64,000 nt of DNA from the NCBI GenBank assembly GCA_963835945.1, contig CAWIHR010000043.1:46140-110139 (forward strand). Direction: 5' to 3'. The notes beneath the pieces were generated by a model. It was not told where the DNA came from and ran no database searches. It saw nothing but the letters and a program-made list of their open reading frames with translations. Positions 13,536 to 29,450 of this stretch are shown piece after piece. Every line of letters begins with the position of its first letter. The stretch's first letter is position 1. This DNA comes from an uncultured Chloroflexia bacterium. GTDB taxonomy: Bacteria; Chloroflexota; Limnocylindria; Limnocylindrales; CSP1-4. The position numbers were made by a program, and so were the translations under genes.

Positions 13536-14593
13536 GCGAGCGGCTCCTCCCCCACCGGGTCGGGATCGCTACCTGGCACGCCGGCCGCGACCAGCGACGC
13601 CTCCCGCTCGGCTGCCTCCCTGGCCGCCCGAGCCTCGGCCTGCGCCTGGGCCATCGTCCGCCGCGCCGGGTAGATGCTCCCCTCGGGTATGGTCTCGCCG
13701 TCGGCCCGAAGCGCCTCCTCCAGCGAGACGATTGCGACCTCGATCATCGAGTCGTCGGGGCGTCGAGTGGTGATCGACTGCAGCCAGATGCCCGGCAAAA
13801 AGATCCAGCGCACGACCGGTTGCGTACGGTGCTTCGCGCCCCAGCGCAGCACCTCATAGCTGACGGCCACGATCACCGGGACCAGGGCAACCCGTCCGAC
13901 AATCGCGGCCGCAAGGCCCTGGCCGGCGAGCAGGCTGAACGCCAGGATACTCACGATCACGACCACGAGTAGGAACTCGGTGCCGCAGCGTGGGTGCGCC
14001 GTGGGGTACCGGCGGACGCTCTCCGGCGTCAACGGATCGCCCTTCTCGAGCGCGTGGATCGACATGTGCTCGGCGCCGTGGTACTGAAACACGCGCCTAA
14101 TCTCGCCCGACCGGCTGATCAGCAGCAGGTAGGCGACGAAGACGACCAACCGGATGAGCCCTTCGAGCAGGTTCTTGCCGAGACTGCCCACTGAAGGTGT
14201 CAGGCTGGTGGCCGCCTGCGCGAGGAACAGGGGCAGCACGAAGAACAGGGCGATCCCGAAGACGAGGGAGATCGTGAGTGTCGCGGCGACCGCCCCGCCG
14301 CCCAGCTCGACGCCCTCGCCTGCAGCGGAGATGGCGGCGGACCGGGTCAGCCACTTCGTGCCGATCACGAGCGTCTCGTAGAGAACGACGAGGCCGCGCA
14401 CGAACGGCCAGCCGGCCGCGCGATGCCGGTGCACGATGGAGTCGGAAAGGCGCTCAGCCTCCCACACGACGTCGCCGTCGGGGTGCCGCACCGCGACCGC
14501 GATCGCGTCCCGGCCCCGCATGAGGACGCCTTCGATGAGGGCCTGACCCCCGTAGTTGAAGCGAGCCATCGGGACCTTCAGTCTACTGGCCAA
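13532..14593 (-). CDS. DUF1385-family membrane protein (YqhQ-like), conserved partner of prfA/rpmE
   Basis: 353 aa; [20 protein letters not shown]-terminus typical of DUF1385; several TM helices. Confidence 0.7.
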   Translation of the reverse strand: MASRLKVPMARFNYGGQALIEGVLMRGRDAIAVAVRHPDGDVVWEAERLSDSIVHRHRAAGWPFVRGLVVLYETLVIGTKWLTRSAAISAAGEGVELGGGAVAATLTISLVFGIALFFVLPLFLAQAATSLTPSVGSLGKNLLEGLIRLVVFVAYLLLISRSGEIRRVFQYHGAEHMSIHALEKGDPLTPESVRRYPTAHPRCGTEFLLVVVIVSILAFSLLAGQGLAAAIVGRVALVPVIVAVSYEVLRWGAKHRTQPVVRWIFLPGIWLQSITTRRPDDSMIEVAIVSLEEALRADGETIPEGSIYPARRTMAQAQAEARAAREAAEREASLVAAGVPGSDPDPVGEEPLA

Positions 14594-14648
14594 ACAAAAC
14601 GGCGGACCCCCACCGGGCCCGCCGCCGCGAGACGGATCGAGGAGCGCG

Positions 14649-14861
14649 TCAGGCCCGAAGCGAGCGCTCGAGACGCTTCTGGAACCGCTCTACCTGGCCA
14701 GCCGTGTCCACGATGGTCTGCTTCCCGGTGAAGAAGGGGTGGCACTGGGCGCAGACGTCGACGCGCAGCGTCTGCCTCGTGGACCCCACCGTGAAAGTGC
14801 GGCCGCACGACCCGCAGTGGGCCTCTGCCTGGTAGTACTTGGGGTGGATCCCTTTTTTCAC
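14649..14861 (-). CDS. rpmE: 50S ribosomal protein L31 (zinc-ribbon type)
   Basis: 70 aa; MKKGIHPKYY...CGSCG...CAQCHPFFTGKQ. Confidence 0.95.
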   Translation of the reverse strand: MKKGIHPKYYQAEAHCGSCGRTFTVGSTRQTLRVDVCAQCHPFFTGKQTIVDTAGQVERFQKRLERSLRA

Positions 14862-14924
14862 GATCGACTCCTGCCGAGCCTTCCGTCCGGCGTGCCCGGC
14901 GGTGGTCCCGGCGACTGGCGCGCT

Positions 14925-15200
14925 TCAGACCTGGGCGGTGGATGCCATATCGGCAACGACCCGGATGCGCTTCTTCTCGCGGGTCTCGTGCTCGAACCTG
15001 ACACGGCCTGTGATCGTCGCGAAGACGGTATAGTCACGGCCGAGTCCGGTGCCCTCGCCCGCGAGGAAAGTCATTCCTCGCTGGCGCACGATGATCGAGC
15101 CAGCGGGGACGAGCTGCCCATCGCCGACCTTGACGCCGAGCCGCTGGCCGACGCTGTCACGGCCGTTCTTGGAGCTCGAGCCTGCCTTCTTGTGTGCCAT
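14925..15200 (-). CDS. rpmA: 50S ribosomal protein L27
   Basis: 91 aa; [16 protein letters not shown]...GSIIVRQRG. Confidence 0.95.
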   Translation of the reverse strand: MAHKKAGSSSKNGRDSVGQRLGVKVGDGQLVPAGSIIVRQRGMTFLAGEGTGLGRDYTVFATITGRVRFEHETREKKRIRVVADMASTAQV

Positions 15201-15203
15201 CGC

Positions 15204-15836
15204 CTACGCGTCCTTCCTGGTCCCCCGAGACTTGGGCTTCGCCTCGCCCTCGGGGGCGGGCGCCTGGGTCCGCGCCGCGCGGCGCCTCGGCTTCGCGGCT
15301 CCCGACACCGCCTTCTGCGTCCCGCCAGCCGACTCGACGGTGGCGGTCGTTGCCGGAGCGCCGCCAGCCGCTGCGCCCTCGGCATCTGTCGCGCGAGCCT
15401 GCGCGAGCTTCTCGGCGAGGGCCATGTCAGCGGCGGCCTGCGCCGCGGCCTGCTCGGCCGCTGCCGCCTCAAGCCGCTCCCGCTCGGTACTGGCCTCTTC
15501 GGCGAGCTGCAGCGCGCTGCGCCGGCCGTGGACGATGTCAGTCACGCGGAGGATGGTGAGTTCCTGCCGGTGCCCGTGCTTGACCCGACGCCGCGCCTTG
15601 GGCCGGTACTTGAACACGACAACCTTGTCGCCGCGATCCTGCCGAACGACGCTCGCGCTGACGTGCGCCGCGTCCACCAGCGGGCGGCCAATCGCCGTCT
15701 CGTCCCCGTCGGCCACCAGCAAGACGTGGTCCATTTCGAGCGTCTGCCCGGGCTCCACGTCGAGCCGTTCGACGTCTAGCTCGCTGCCGACTTCGACGCG
15801 ATACTGCTTCCCGCCCGTCTCGATGACTGCGTACAT
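15204..15836 (-). CDS. rplU: 50S ribosomal protein L21 with ~110-aa Ala/Glu/Lys-rich C-terminal extension
   Basis: MYAVIETGGKQYRVEVG...VVVFKYRPKARRRVKHGHRQELTILRVTDI followed by a low-complexity AAAEQAAAQAAAD...AKPKSRGTRKDA tail. Confidence 0.85.
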   Translation of the reverse strand: MYAVIETGGKQYRVEVGSELDVERLDVEPGQTLEMDHVLLVADGDETAIGRPLVDAAHVSASVVRQDRGDKVVVFKYRPKARRRVKHGHRQELTILRVTDIVHGRRSALQLAEEASTERERLEAAAAEQAAAQAAADMALAEKLAQARATDAEGAAAGGAPATTATVESAGGTQKAVSGAAKPRRRAARTQAPAPEGEAKPKSRGTRKDA

Positions 15837-15891
15837 GGGTCCCCTGAACACATGAATGGCGCCCGGCAGCTACCGGGGCGCGCGACCGCTG

Positions 15892-15920
15892 ATGGTATCG
15901 CCCGATCCGACTGGCGTCAA
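15892..15920 (-). promoter_or_regulatory. Candidate sigma70-type promoter for rplU-rpmA (TTGACG-N17-TACCAT on minus strand), followed by an 8-bp-stem leader hairpin (15860-15882)
   Basis: Hexamers read directly on the reverse complement; spacing 17; ~35-50 nt upstream of the rplU start. Confidence 0.4.
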
Positions 15921-16045
15921 TGAAGCCGCGAACGGAGGGCGTCGAGTTCTAAGTGAACGTTGGCACCGCGATGGACGCCGGTCGCCTGTGGACGTCCGCG
16001 ATCCTACGGCTGGTGATGGGCCGGCGGCGGATCAGCGCGGCCGCG

Positions 16046-17203
16046 TCACCACTTGGGGCGCACCTGTCTCAGGTTGATCGACTCGAGCACACCCAAGGCG
16101 AGCGCGGTGCTGATCAGCGACGCCCCTCCGTGGGTGATGAAGGGCAGCGGGATCCCCGTCACCGGCATGATCCCGATCGTCATGCCGACGTTGACCAGGA
16201 CCTGGAAGAGCAGCATCGAGGCGATCGCCGACGCGAACGCCAGGCCGAACGCGTCATCCGAACGCCAAGCGACCAGCATGACCCGCCAGAGCAGCGCGGC
16301 AAAGAGCACGAACACGACGATGGCGCCAATGAACCCGAGCTCCTCTGCGAGGATCGAGAAGACGAAGTCGGTCGACTGGACCGGCAGGAAGTCGAGCTGG
16401 TTCTGGGTCCCGTTCGTGAGTCCTTTGCCGAACAGGCCGCCCGACCCGACCGCGATCAACGACTGGATGACGTGATAGCCGGAGCCCTGCGGGTCGGCAG
16501 TGGGGTCGAGGAATGAGATCAGGCGCTGCTTTTGGTAGTCCCGGAGCACGTACGTCCACGTGAACGGGATGGCCGCGATGGTCGCCCCAGTGGCCACGGC
16601 GAGCCACCGGAGGCTTGCTCCTGAGACGAACAACGTCCCCACGAGCATCGCTGCGAACACGAGCGACGTCCCGAGGTCGGGCTGCATAGCGACGAGCACG
16701 ACAGGGGGCACGACGAGCGCGGCGGCGCCGACGATAGTCAAGAGCCCGCTGATCTGCGCCTCGCGCGAACTGATCCAATTTGCCAGCACGACCGCCATTA
16801 GCACCTTGGCCAGTTCAGAGAACTGAAACTGCATGCCGGCGATTGTCACCCAGCGCGCCGTATCCCCGACTCCCGTGCCGATCACGAGCGAGAGTGCAAG
16901 CAGTCCGATGTTCACGAAGTAGAGCGGCCAGGCAAATGTCTTCAGCCATCGATAGTCGAACGACGCGGCCAGCAGGAAGGCGATGATGCCGAGGCCCGCC
17001 CAGACGAGCCCGCGGGCGAAGGTCGAGCCGGAGGCGAGCGGCGAGACGCCGGCCTCGTAGCTGTTCGTGTAGGCCATGAGGAGACCCATCCCGGCCAGCA
17101 GCGACGCATAGATCACGAGCTGGATGTCGAAGGCGCCCCAGGCCGCGACGGCCGCCCGGCCGGCCCACTTGAGCCTGTCCTGCTGGAGCCTGACGGTGCC
17201 CAT
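16046..17203 (-). CDS. rodA: SEDS-family peptidoglycan glycosyltransferase (RodA/FtsW family)
   Basis: 385 aa, 10 TM; ...QSTDFVFSILAEELGFIGA... and ...GIPLPFITHGGASL motifs; paired with the downstream PBP2. Confidence 0.9.
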   Translation of the reverse strand: MGTVRLQQDRLKWAGRAAVAAWGAFDIQLVIYASLLAGMGLLMAYTNSYEAGVSPLASGSTFARGLVWAGLGIIAFLLAASFDYRWLKTFAWPLYFVNIGLLALSLVIGTGVGDTARWVTIAGMQFQFSELAKVLMAVVLANWISSREAQISGLLTIVGAAALVVPPVVLVAMQPDLGTSLVFAAMLVGTLFVSGASLRWLAVATGATIAAIPFTWTYVLRDYQKQRLISFLDPTADPQGSGYHVIQSLIAVGSGGLFGKGLTNGTQNQLDFLPVQSTDFVFSILAEELGFIGAIVVFVLFAALLWRVMLVAWRSDDAFGLAFASAIASMLLFQVLVNVGMTIGIMPVTGIPLPFITHGGASLISTALALGVLESINLRQVRPKW

Positions 17204-17206
17204 CGC

Positions 17207-19090
17207 TCAGTCGCCCGCTCCGGGCCGGATCAGCGCCAGGTTCCGGTAGTCCTGCTTGATGCCGTAATACATCTGGAAGAAGTACTGCGCGATCTCGGTC
17301 GACGGGTTGCCGATGCTGTTGGACGTGTCGTAGGTAAAGGCCAGGATCGCGAGCTGGGAGTCGGTCTTGGCGAAGTCGCCCGAGGGCGAGACGAAGCCCA
17401 CGAACCAGGAGTCGAACGGCAGGTTGCCGTCGATCTTGCGGGTCCCGTACTCGGCGGTGCCGGTCTTGCCGGCCACATAGATCGGCATGTCCACCACGTT
17501 GCCGGTGTGGCGGATCACAACGGCCTCGCGAGCCGCCTCCCGCATGTAGGCAAGGATGGAGGGGTCGATGTTCAACCGGGCACGCACCTTAGGCGCGAAC
17601 GCTTGGACGACCTGCCCGTCGGGAGCCGTGATCTGTCGCACAACCTGCGGCTGCAGCAGTTTGCCCCCGTTGATCATCGCGCAATAGGCGTCGAGGAGCT
17701 CGATCGGGGTGACCGCGTCGTAGCCCTGTCCAATGCCGGCGAGATACGTCTCGCCCGCGTAGATCGGCTCGCCGAACGTCTGCATCTTCCACGCGTTGGA
17801 CGGCACGATGCCGCTCGCCTCTCCGGGGAGGTCGATGCCGGTGGGTCTGCCGAAGCCGAACTGGTGAGCCCAGTAGGCCATCCGGTCGATTCCCACCAGC
17901 GCGGCAGCCTGGTAGAAGAACGTGTCGCTCGACTGGGCGAAGGCTCCCTTGACCGTGAGCGGGCCGAAACCCACGCCGTTCCAGTCGTTGAAGATCTGGC
18001 CGTCGAGAGGCAGGTGCCCGTATGTCTGGAGCGTCTGGTCCGGCCCGAGCTTGTCGTCGGCCAGCACCGCGCTCCCCGTGACCAGCTTGTACGTCGAGCC
18101 TGGCGGGTAGGTCTCGCCGATGGCGTGGTTGAGGAGAGGCTGGTACGGGTTTCCGATCAGGGCCTGGTAGTCCGCGTTCGAGATCCCGTCCACAAATAGG
18201 TTGTCGTCATAGGTGGGCAGGCTGACCATCGCGAGCACCTCGCCGGTCTGCGGGTTCATCACGATGACCACGCCCGACTTGAGCCCCGCCACCTGAATGC
18301 CCCACTGCAGCGCGCTCTGCGCCTGCTCCTGGGTCTTCAGGTTGATCGACAGCTGCAGGGTGTCGCCCGCCTGCGGTTGGGTGGGCGTGCTCAGCACCTG
18401 GATCTCGCGACCGGAGGCGTCGCGTTCGACCTCCTCCGTCCCGTAGGTTCCCCGCAGCTGCTGCTCGTACTCGGCCTCGATGCCCGCCTGCCCGATGACG
18501 TCGTCTGACAGGTATCCCTGGGACTGCAGCTGCCGGAGCTGGTCCGCGCTGATCAGACCTGTGTAGCCCAGGAGCTGGGAGAGGGTAGGGCCGTATAAGT
18601 AGTCGCGGCGCGCCTCGGCGACCACCTGTACCCCCGGCAGCGCGAGGTGTTCCTCCGAGACGAGCCGGGCCACGTCCTCGGGCACGTCGCTCTCGATACG
18701 CACGAGATCGAAGCTCGAGCCCGCGTTGCTGTCGATAGCCTCGTTGATTGCGGTGGAGGACATCCCGAGCATGCGGCTGAGGTCAGCCACGACCTGGTCG
18801 CGCTGGCTATACGGCAGGTCCGCCGGCCGGATCTCTACCGAGAACGACGGCACATTGACCACGAGCGACCGCCCCGTCCGGTCCACGATGAGCCCACGGC
18901 TCGATGGGATCGGTTGCGAGACCGTCATGTTCGCCGTGGCCTGCCCCTGGTAGTAGCCGCCGCTCCCGACCTGGAGGTAGAAGAGCCGCACGGTCAGAGT
19001 CGCAACGACGATGAGGACAGCGAGCCCGAACAGCAGGAAACGCGGCAATAGCCGCTGGCTGCGCGGGCGATCGTCGACGAGCGACGTCAT
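17207..19090 (-). CDS. mrdA: Penicillin-binding protein 2 (class B transpeptidase)
   Basis: 627 aa; STYK (SxxK), SSD (SxN-like) and KTGT motifs; N-terminal TM anchor. Confidence 0.9.
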   Translation of the reverse strand: MTSLVDDRPRSQRLLPRFLLFGLAVLIVVATLTVRLFYLQVGSGGYYQGQATANMTVSQPIPSSRGLIVDRTGRSLVVNVPSFSVEIRPADLPYSQRDQVVADLSRMLGMSSTAINEAIDSNAGSSFDLVRIESDVPEDVARLVSEEHLALPGVQVVAEARRDYLYGPTLSQLLGYTGLISADQLRQLQSQGYLSDDVIGQAGIEAEYEQQLRGTYGTEEVERDASGREIQVLSTPTQPQAGDTLQLSINLKTQEQAQSALQWGIQVAGLKSGVVIVMNPQTGEVLAMVSLPTYDDNLFVDGISNADYQALIGNPYQPLLNHAIGETYPPGSTYKLVTGSAVLADDKLGPDQTLQTYGHLPLDGQIFNDWNGVGFGPLTVKGAFAQSSDTFFYQAAALVGIDRMAYWAHQFGFGRPTGIDLPGEASGIVPSNAWKMQTFGEPIYAGETYLAGIGQGYDAVTPIELLDAYCAMINGGKLLQPQVVRQITAPDGQVVQAFAPKVRARLNIDPSILAYMREAAREAVVIRHTGNVVDMPIYVAGKTGTAEYGTRKIDGNLPFDSWFVGFVSPSGDFAKTDSQLAILAFTYDTSNSIGNPSTEIAQYFFQMYYGIKQDYRNLALIRPGAGD

Positions 19091-19094
19091 GGCC

Positions 19095-19601
19095 TCACCA
19101 CTCGATTCGGTCGTGGGTGCCCCAGCGCCTCCACGACCACCTGCCCGCCAGCGCGAGCGGGACAGCGAGCATGGTGTTCTCGATCGCGACGGGAAGCGCG
19201 CCGCCGAGCGGGTTGCTTAGTGGGATCCCGCCGAGCGCGGTCGCAACGAGCAACCCGAACACCAGCTGATACAGGAACGTCAACGGAAAGGTCACAGCTA
19301 CCGTCGTGACCACGTGATTCCGGCCGGCGACGCGCGCGATCATCGCAGCGATACCGGTCGCCACGAGCAGGGCGACCACGGTCGAGCCGATCGGACGACC
19401 CGGCGCAGAGAGCATGTCCAGCGTCAGCCCTCCGGCAAAGGCCCACACGAAGCCCGCCTCGCTTCCGATGGTGACCGCGACCGCGAGACTGCTGACGAGC
19501 AGGATGTCGGGCCGGGCGCCGCCAATGGTTGCGAAGGGGGCAACGCTGGTGTCGAGCAGCGCGGCCACGATCGATCCGACCACGGCGAGGGCGACTTGCA
19601 T
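19095..19601 (-). CDS. mreD: Rod shape-determining protein MreD-like small polytopic membrane protein
   Basis: From M40 of ORF 19095..19718: ~168 aa, 5 hydrophobic helices, immediately upstream of mrdA-rodA. No mreB/mreC nearby. Confidence 0.55.
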   Translation of the reverse strand: MQVALAVVGSIVAALLDTSVAPFATIGGARPDILLVSSLAVAVTIGSEAGFVWAFAGGLTLDMLSAPGRPIGSTVVALLVATGIAAMIARVAGRNHVVTTVAVTFPLTFLYQLVFGLLVATALGGIPLSNPLGGALPVAIENTMLAVPLALAGRWSWRRWGTHDRIEW

Positions 19602-19931
19602 CGTGCCGTTCCTCGTGGGTGTCGCGCCTGACGGCGCACGGGAGAGCTGGGGATCACAGCACTCGCCAGGGTCATCGCCCGGCAGAGTATACAGGCGGTG
19701 CCCCTCCCTCATCATCACAGGTCTGACTTCCCCTCGCCGGCACCGCGATCCGGGTCGGAGTCAACGCTGTCCCGGCGGCGCGACTTGGATCGGCGCGAGA
19801 CTCAGCGAGGGAACCGGTCGGTCGGCTGCGATGCCGGCGGCGGTACAGGAGTGCGGCCGGACCGGTCGGCCCCGCGCCAGTTGGAGAGCGTGCCCTTGAG
19901 GCAAAGCGCCCGAACGGCCGGATCGACCACT

Positions 19932-19947
19932 TGTTTCACGTGGAACG
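19932..19947 (+). promoter_or_regulatory. parS centromere-like site TGTTTCACGTGGAACG (14/16 match to TGTTTCACGTGAAACA) about 45 bp upstream of parA
   Basis: Read directly from sequence; palindromic CACGTG core. Confidence 0.6.
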
Positions 19948-19991
19948 ACGTGTAAGGGCGACGTCAGGCACAATCGGCTAAACTACATTCG

Positions 19992-20854
19992 GTGGGTGCG
20001 TACGGGCGGGGGACGGGGAGCGGCGACACGATCGCGTGCGCCAACCAGAAGGGCGGGGTCGGGAAGACGACCACCGTCGTCAACCTCGGCGCCTACCTTG
20101 CCCTCGCCGGCCGCTCGGTCCTCGTGGTCGACCTGGATCCACAGGGTAACGCGACGAGCGGCCTGGGGATCGAGAAATCGGCGGTGGCGCACTCCATCTA
20201 TGACGCGCTATGTGACGCGGCGCCGCCAGAGCAGCTGATCGTCCGCACCTCCATCGCACGCCTGGAGATTATCCCCGCCTCGCTCTCCCTCGCCGGCGCC
20301 GAGGTGGAGCTTGCGCCACTGCCACAGCGAGAACGCCGCCTCTCCCGCGTACTCGCCCCGCTGACCGAGCACTACGACCACATCCTCATCGACTGTCCGC
20401 CGAGCCTCGGACTCCTGACGGTGAACGCGCTCACGGCGGCCGGGTCGGTCCTCGTCCCGCTACAGTGCGAGTACTACGCGCTGGAGGGATTGAGCCAGCT
20501 CGTGGCAACCATCAACCTCGTCCGGGATCACCTGAACCCCAGTCTGGCTATGCGGGGGGTTGTGCTAACGATGTTCGACTCCCGCACACTGCTCTCCGCC
20601 GGCGTTCGTGACGAGGCGCGCCGTCATCTTGACGGATCTGTCTACGACACAATCATCCCGCGGAGCGTGCGTCTGTCCGAGGCACCCAGCTACGGGTTGC
20701 CCATCGCCCTCTACCGACCCGACTCGAAGGGCGCAGAGGCCTACGCGGCGCTCGCGAAGGAGTTCCTGCGACGAGATGCGCGCGTAGGATCCGACCTCAC
20801 GGTCGCGGCTCGTGTCGCCCCACTCGAGGCGCCCTCAATCACTGCGGTGGCCCC

Positions 20855-20858
<4 letters not shown>
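19992..20858 (+). CDS. parA: Chromosome partitioning ATPase ParA/Soj
   Basis: 288 aa; deviant Walker A KGGVGKTTT. Confidence 0.9.
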
Positions 20859-23733
<2,875 letters not shown>

Positions 23734-23736
23734 GCG

Positions 23737-24419
23737 TTGGACGGATCTCTGGGTGACGTCGATCCCTCGGTCGTGACGGAGATTCCCGTGGGGGACCGCC
23801 GGCTGCAGATGCGCCCGCACGGCTGCTTCGCCTGCGGCGAGCTGAACGTCTCGGGATTACACCTCGAGCTGCACGCGGACGCCGGCGTCTGCTGGGCGGA
23901 ACCCACGCTCGATGAGCGGTTCATGGGCTGGGAGGGGATCGCCCACGGCGGCATCGTGTGCGCGGTTCTCGATGAGGTCATGGCCTGGGCGCTCGTCGAC
24001 GAGGATTGCTGGGGGCTAACCGCCCGCATGTCCGTGGACTTTCGCCGGCCCGTGCCGGTCGGGCTGCGCCTGCGGGCGGAGGGCCGCGTTGTGAAGCGTC
24101 GCCGGAGAGTGATCCGCACGGAGGGCCGGCTGCTCGACGCTGCGACAGGCACCGTACTCGCTACCTCCGAGGCCGTCTACGTGGACGCCCCGGCAGAGCG
24201 GAAGGCGGAGCTCAAGCGACGCTACGCGTTCCGCATCGCACCCGGCGCCAGCGCGGGACAGGGGAGCGCGCCCTGGCCGTGGCCGCGGCCGGAGGACCAG
24301 GAGCCGGCCCTCCAACGCGGACCGATGATGGACGCGGATCCCGCACGGGCGAAGCAGCGGGCAGCAAACCGCCTGGCGACCCTGACGACGGACCAGGTGA
24401 TCGGCCGAGAAGCGGACAC

Positions 24420-24423
<4 letters not shown>
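23737..24423 (+). CDS. PaaI/hotdog-fold thioesterase-like protein (possible C-terminal read-through tail)
   Basis: …GWEGIAHGGIVCAVLDEVMAWA… matches the PaaI thioesterase core. Confidence 0.55.
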
Positions 24424-28012
<3,589 letters not shown>

Positions 28013-28079
28013 GCAATGAGTCGGTGAACGCCTCAAGTCTCGGTCACGGCATACAGGCGCACGGCGGAACAACGGCGCC

Positions 28080-29168
28080 GTGAGCGCCTTTGGTTCGCGG
28101 GACACTAGCGTCTACGTCGAGCGCTTCGACATCTATACAGGGAACGCGAACCCGGAGCTGGCCCGGAGCATCTGCCGCTATCTGAAGATGGACCTTGGGC
28201 GCGCCGAGGTCTTCGAGTTCGCCAACGAGAACATCTTCGTCAAGATCCTCGACAACGTCCGCGATCGCGATGTCTTCCTGATCCAGCCCACCTGCTCGCC
28301 CGTGAACAAGTCCATCATGGAACTGCTCGTGATGATTGACGCGTTCAAGCGGGCGAGCGCTGGGCGAATTACCGCCGTGGTGCCGTACTACGCGTACGGT
28401 CGCTCGGACAAGAAGGACCAGCCGCGCGTTCCGATCACGGCCCGGCTCGTCGCCGACATGATCACGGTGGCCGGCGCGGACCGATTGCTCACCGTTGACC
28501 TTCACCAGGGGCAGATCCAGGGCTTCTTCAACATCCCCGTGGACGAGCTGACCGCGGTCCACATGCTCTCCAACTACTTCCGCAAGAAGCAGCTGACGAA
28601 CATCGTCGTGGTAACGGACCTCGGGTTCGCCAAGCGCGCCCGTGCCTTCGCGGAGCTGCTCGACGCCCCGCTTGCCGTCATCGAGAAGCGCCGCGTGGGA
28701 AACCTCGACCGCGCCGAGGTCCTCAACGTGATCGGCGAAGTACGCGGGCGGCGCGCCATCATCGTCGACGACGAGATCGACACCGCCGGCACGCTCATGG
28801 AAATCACCCGGGCGTTGCAACGGGAGCACGTCGAGGAGATCTACGCGTGCGCCACCCACGGCATCCTGTCCGGGCAGGCTGTCGACCTCATTGCGTCATC
28901 GGGTATCTGCGAGGTGGTAGTGACGGATACCGCCCCGCTGTCGCCACACAAGCGCATCCCGCAGATCCAGACGCTGTCGGTGGCGCCGCTGATCGGGGAG
29001 GCGATCCGCCGCATCCACCTGGGCGAATCGGTCGGCGCCCTCTTTTCCAGCGAGCTCAACCTAGTGGAGGAGATGCTGCTCTGGGACGACGCAGCGGCGC
29101 AATCACTCTCCGAGTCGGAGGCCCCGGCGGCCCAGGTCGGCGCGAGGCGAGGTGAACGGTGTCCCTGA
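28080..29168 (+). CDS. prs: Ribose-phosphate pyrophosphokinase (PRPP synthetase)
   Basis: …YTGNANPELA...VFLIQPTCSPVNKSIMELLVMIDAFKRASAGRITAVVPYYAY...VDLHQGQIQGFF...IVDDEIDTAGTL...; ~45-aa C-terminal tail may be read-through. Confidence 0.85.
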   Translation: MSAFGSRDTSVYVERFDIYTGNANPELARSICRYLKMDLGRAEVFEFANENIFVKILDNVRDRDVFLIQPTCSPVNKSIMELLVMIDAFKRASAGRITAVVPYYAYGRSDKKDQPRVPITARLVADMITVAGADRLLTVDLHQGQIQGFFNIPVDELTAVHMLSNYFRKKQLTNIVVVTDLGFAKRARAFAELLDAPLAVIEKRRVGNLDRAEVLNVIGEVRGRRAIIVDDEIDTAGTLMEITRALQREHVEEIYACATHGILSGQAVDLIASSGICEVVVTDTAPLSPHKRIPQIQTLSVAPLIGEAIRRIHLGESVGALFSSELNLVEEMLLWDDAAAQSLSESEAPAAQVGARRGERCP

Positions 29169-29194
29169 AGCTCTACCGACCTGGTCCCGGCGGT

Positions 29195-29386
29195 ATGGAG
29201 CCATCGACGGCCGTCAATCGGGACTACCGGACGCGGCTCCGCTCCAGGCGCTGGCGGCTTCCCCCGCTGCGAAACCCCGAGGCGCAGCCCGTCACGGCGG
29301 TGGGCGCCGTCGTACTACTCGGCGGCCTCGCCGTGCTGACCTTTGTGATCCTTGTCGCGGGCTACGGCGCTGGCTTCTGGCACTGA
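29195..29386 (+). CDS. Hypothetical small single-TM protein (Arg-rich N-terminus, C-terminal TM helix)
   Basis: ORF 29159..29386; from ATG 29195: MEPSTAVNRDYRTRLRSRRWRLPP...VGAVVLLGGLAVLTFVILVAGYGAGFWH. No homology recognised. Confidence 0.3.
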   Translation: MEPSTAVNRDYRTRLRSRRWRLPPLRNPEAQPVTAVGAVVLLGGLAVLTFVILVAGYGAGFWH

Positions 29387-29450
29387 CGCGGGCGCCGATC
29401 CTGCCTCGCACCGGCTGTCGGCGGCAGGCCGCACCTATACTTAACGTTCC

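Noticed and set aside
10743-13673. 976-aa + strand ORF, the longest in the track
   Set aside because: Runs antisense across the HAD, prmC and prfA genes, all of which have clear motifs on the minus strand; composition is Arg/Ala/Ser-rich junk.
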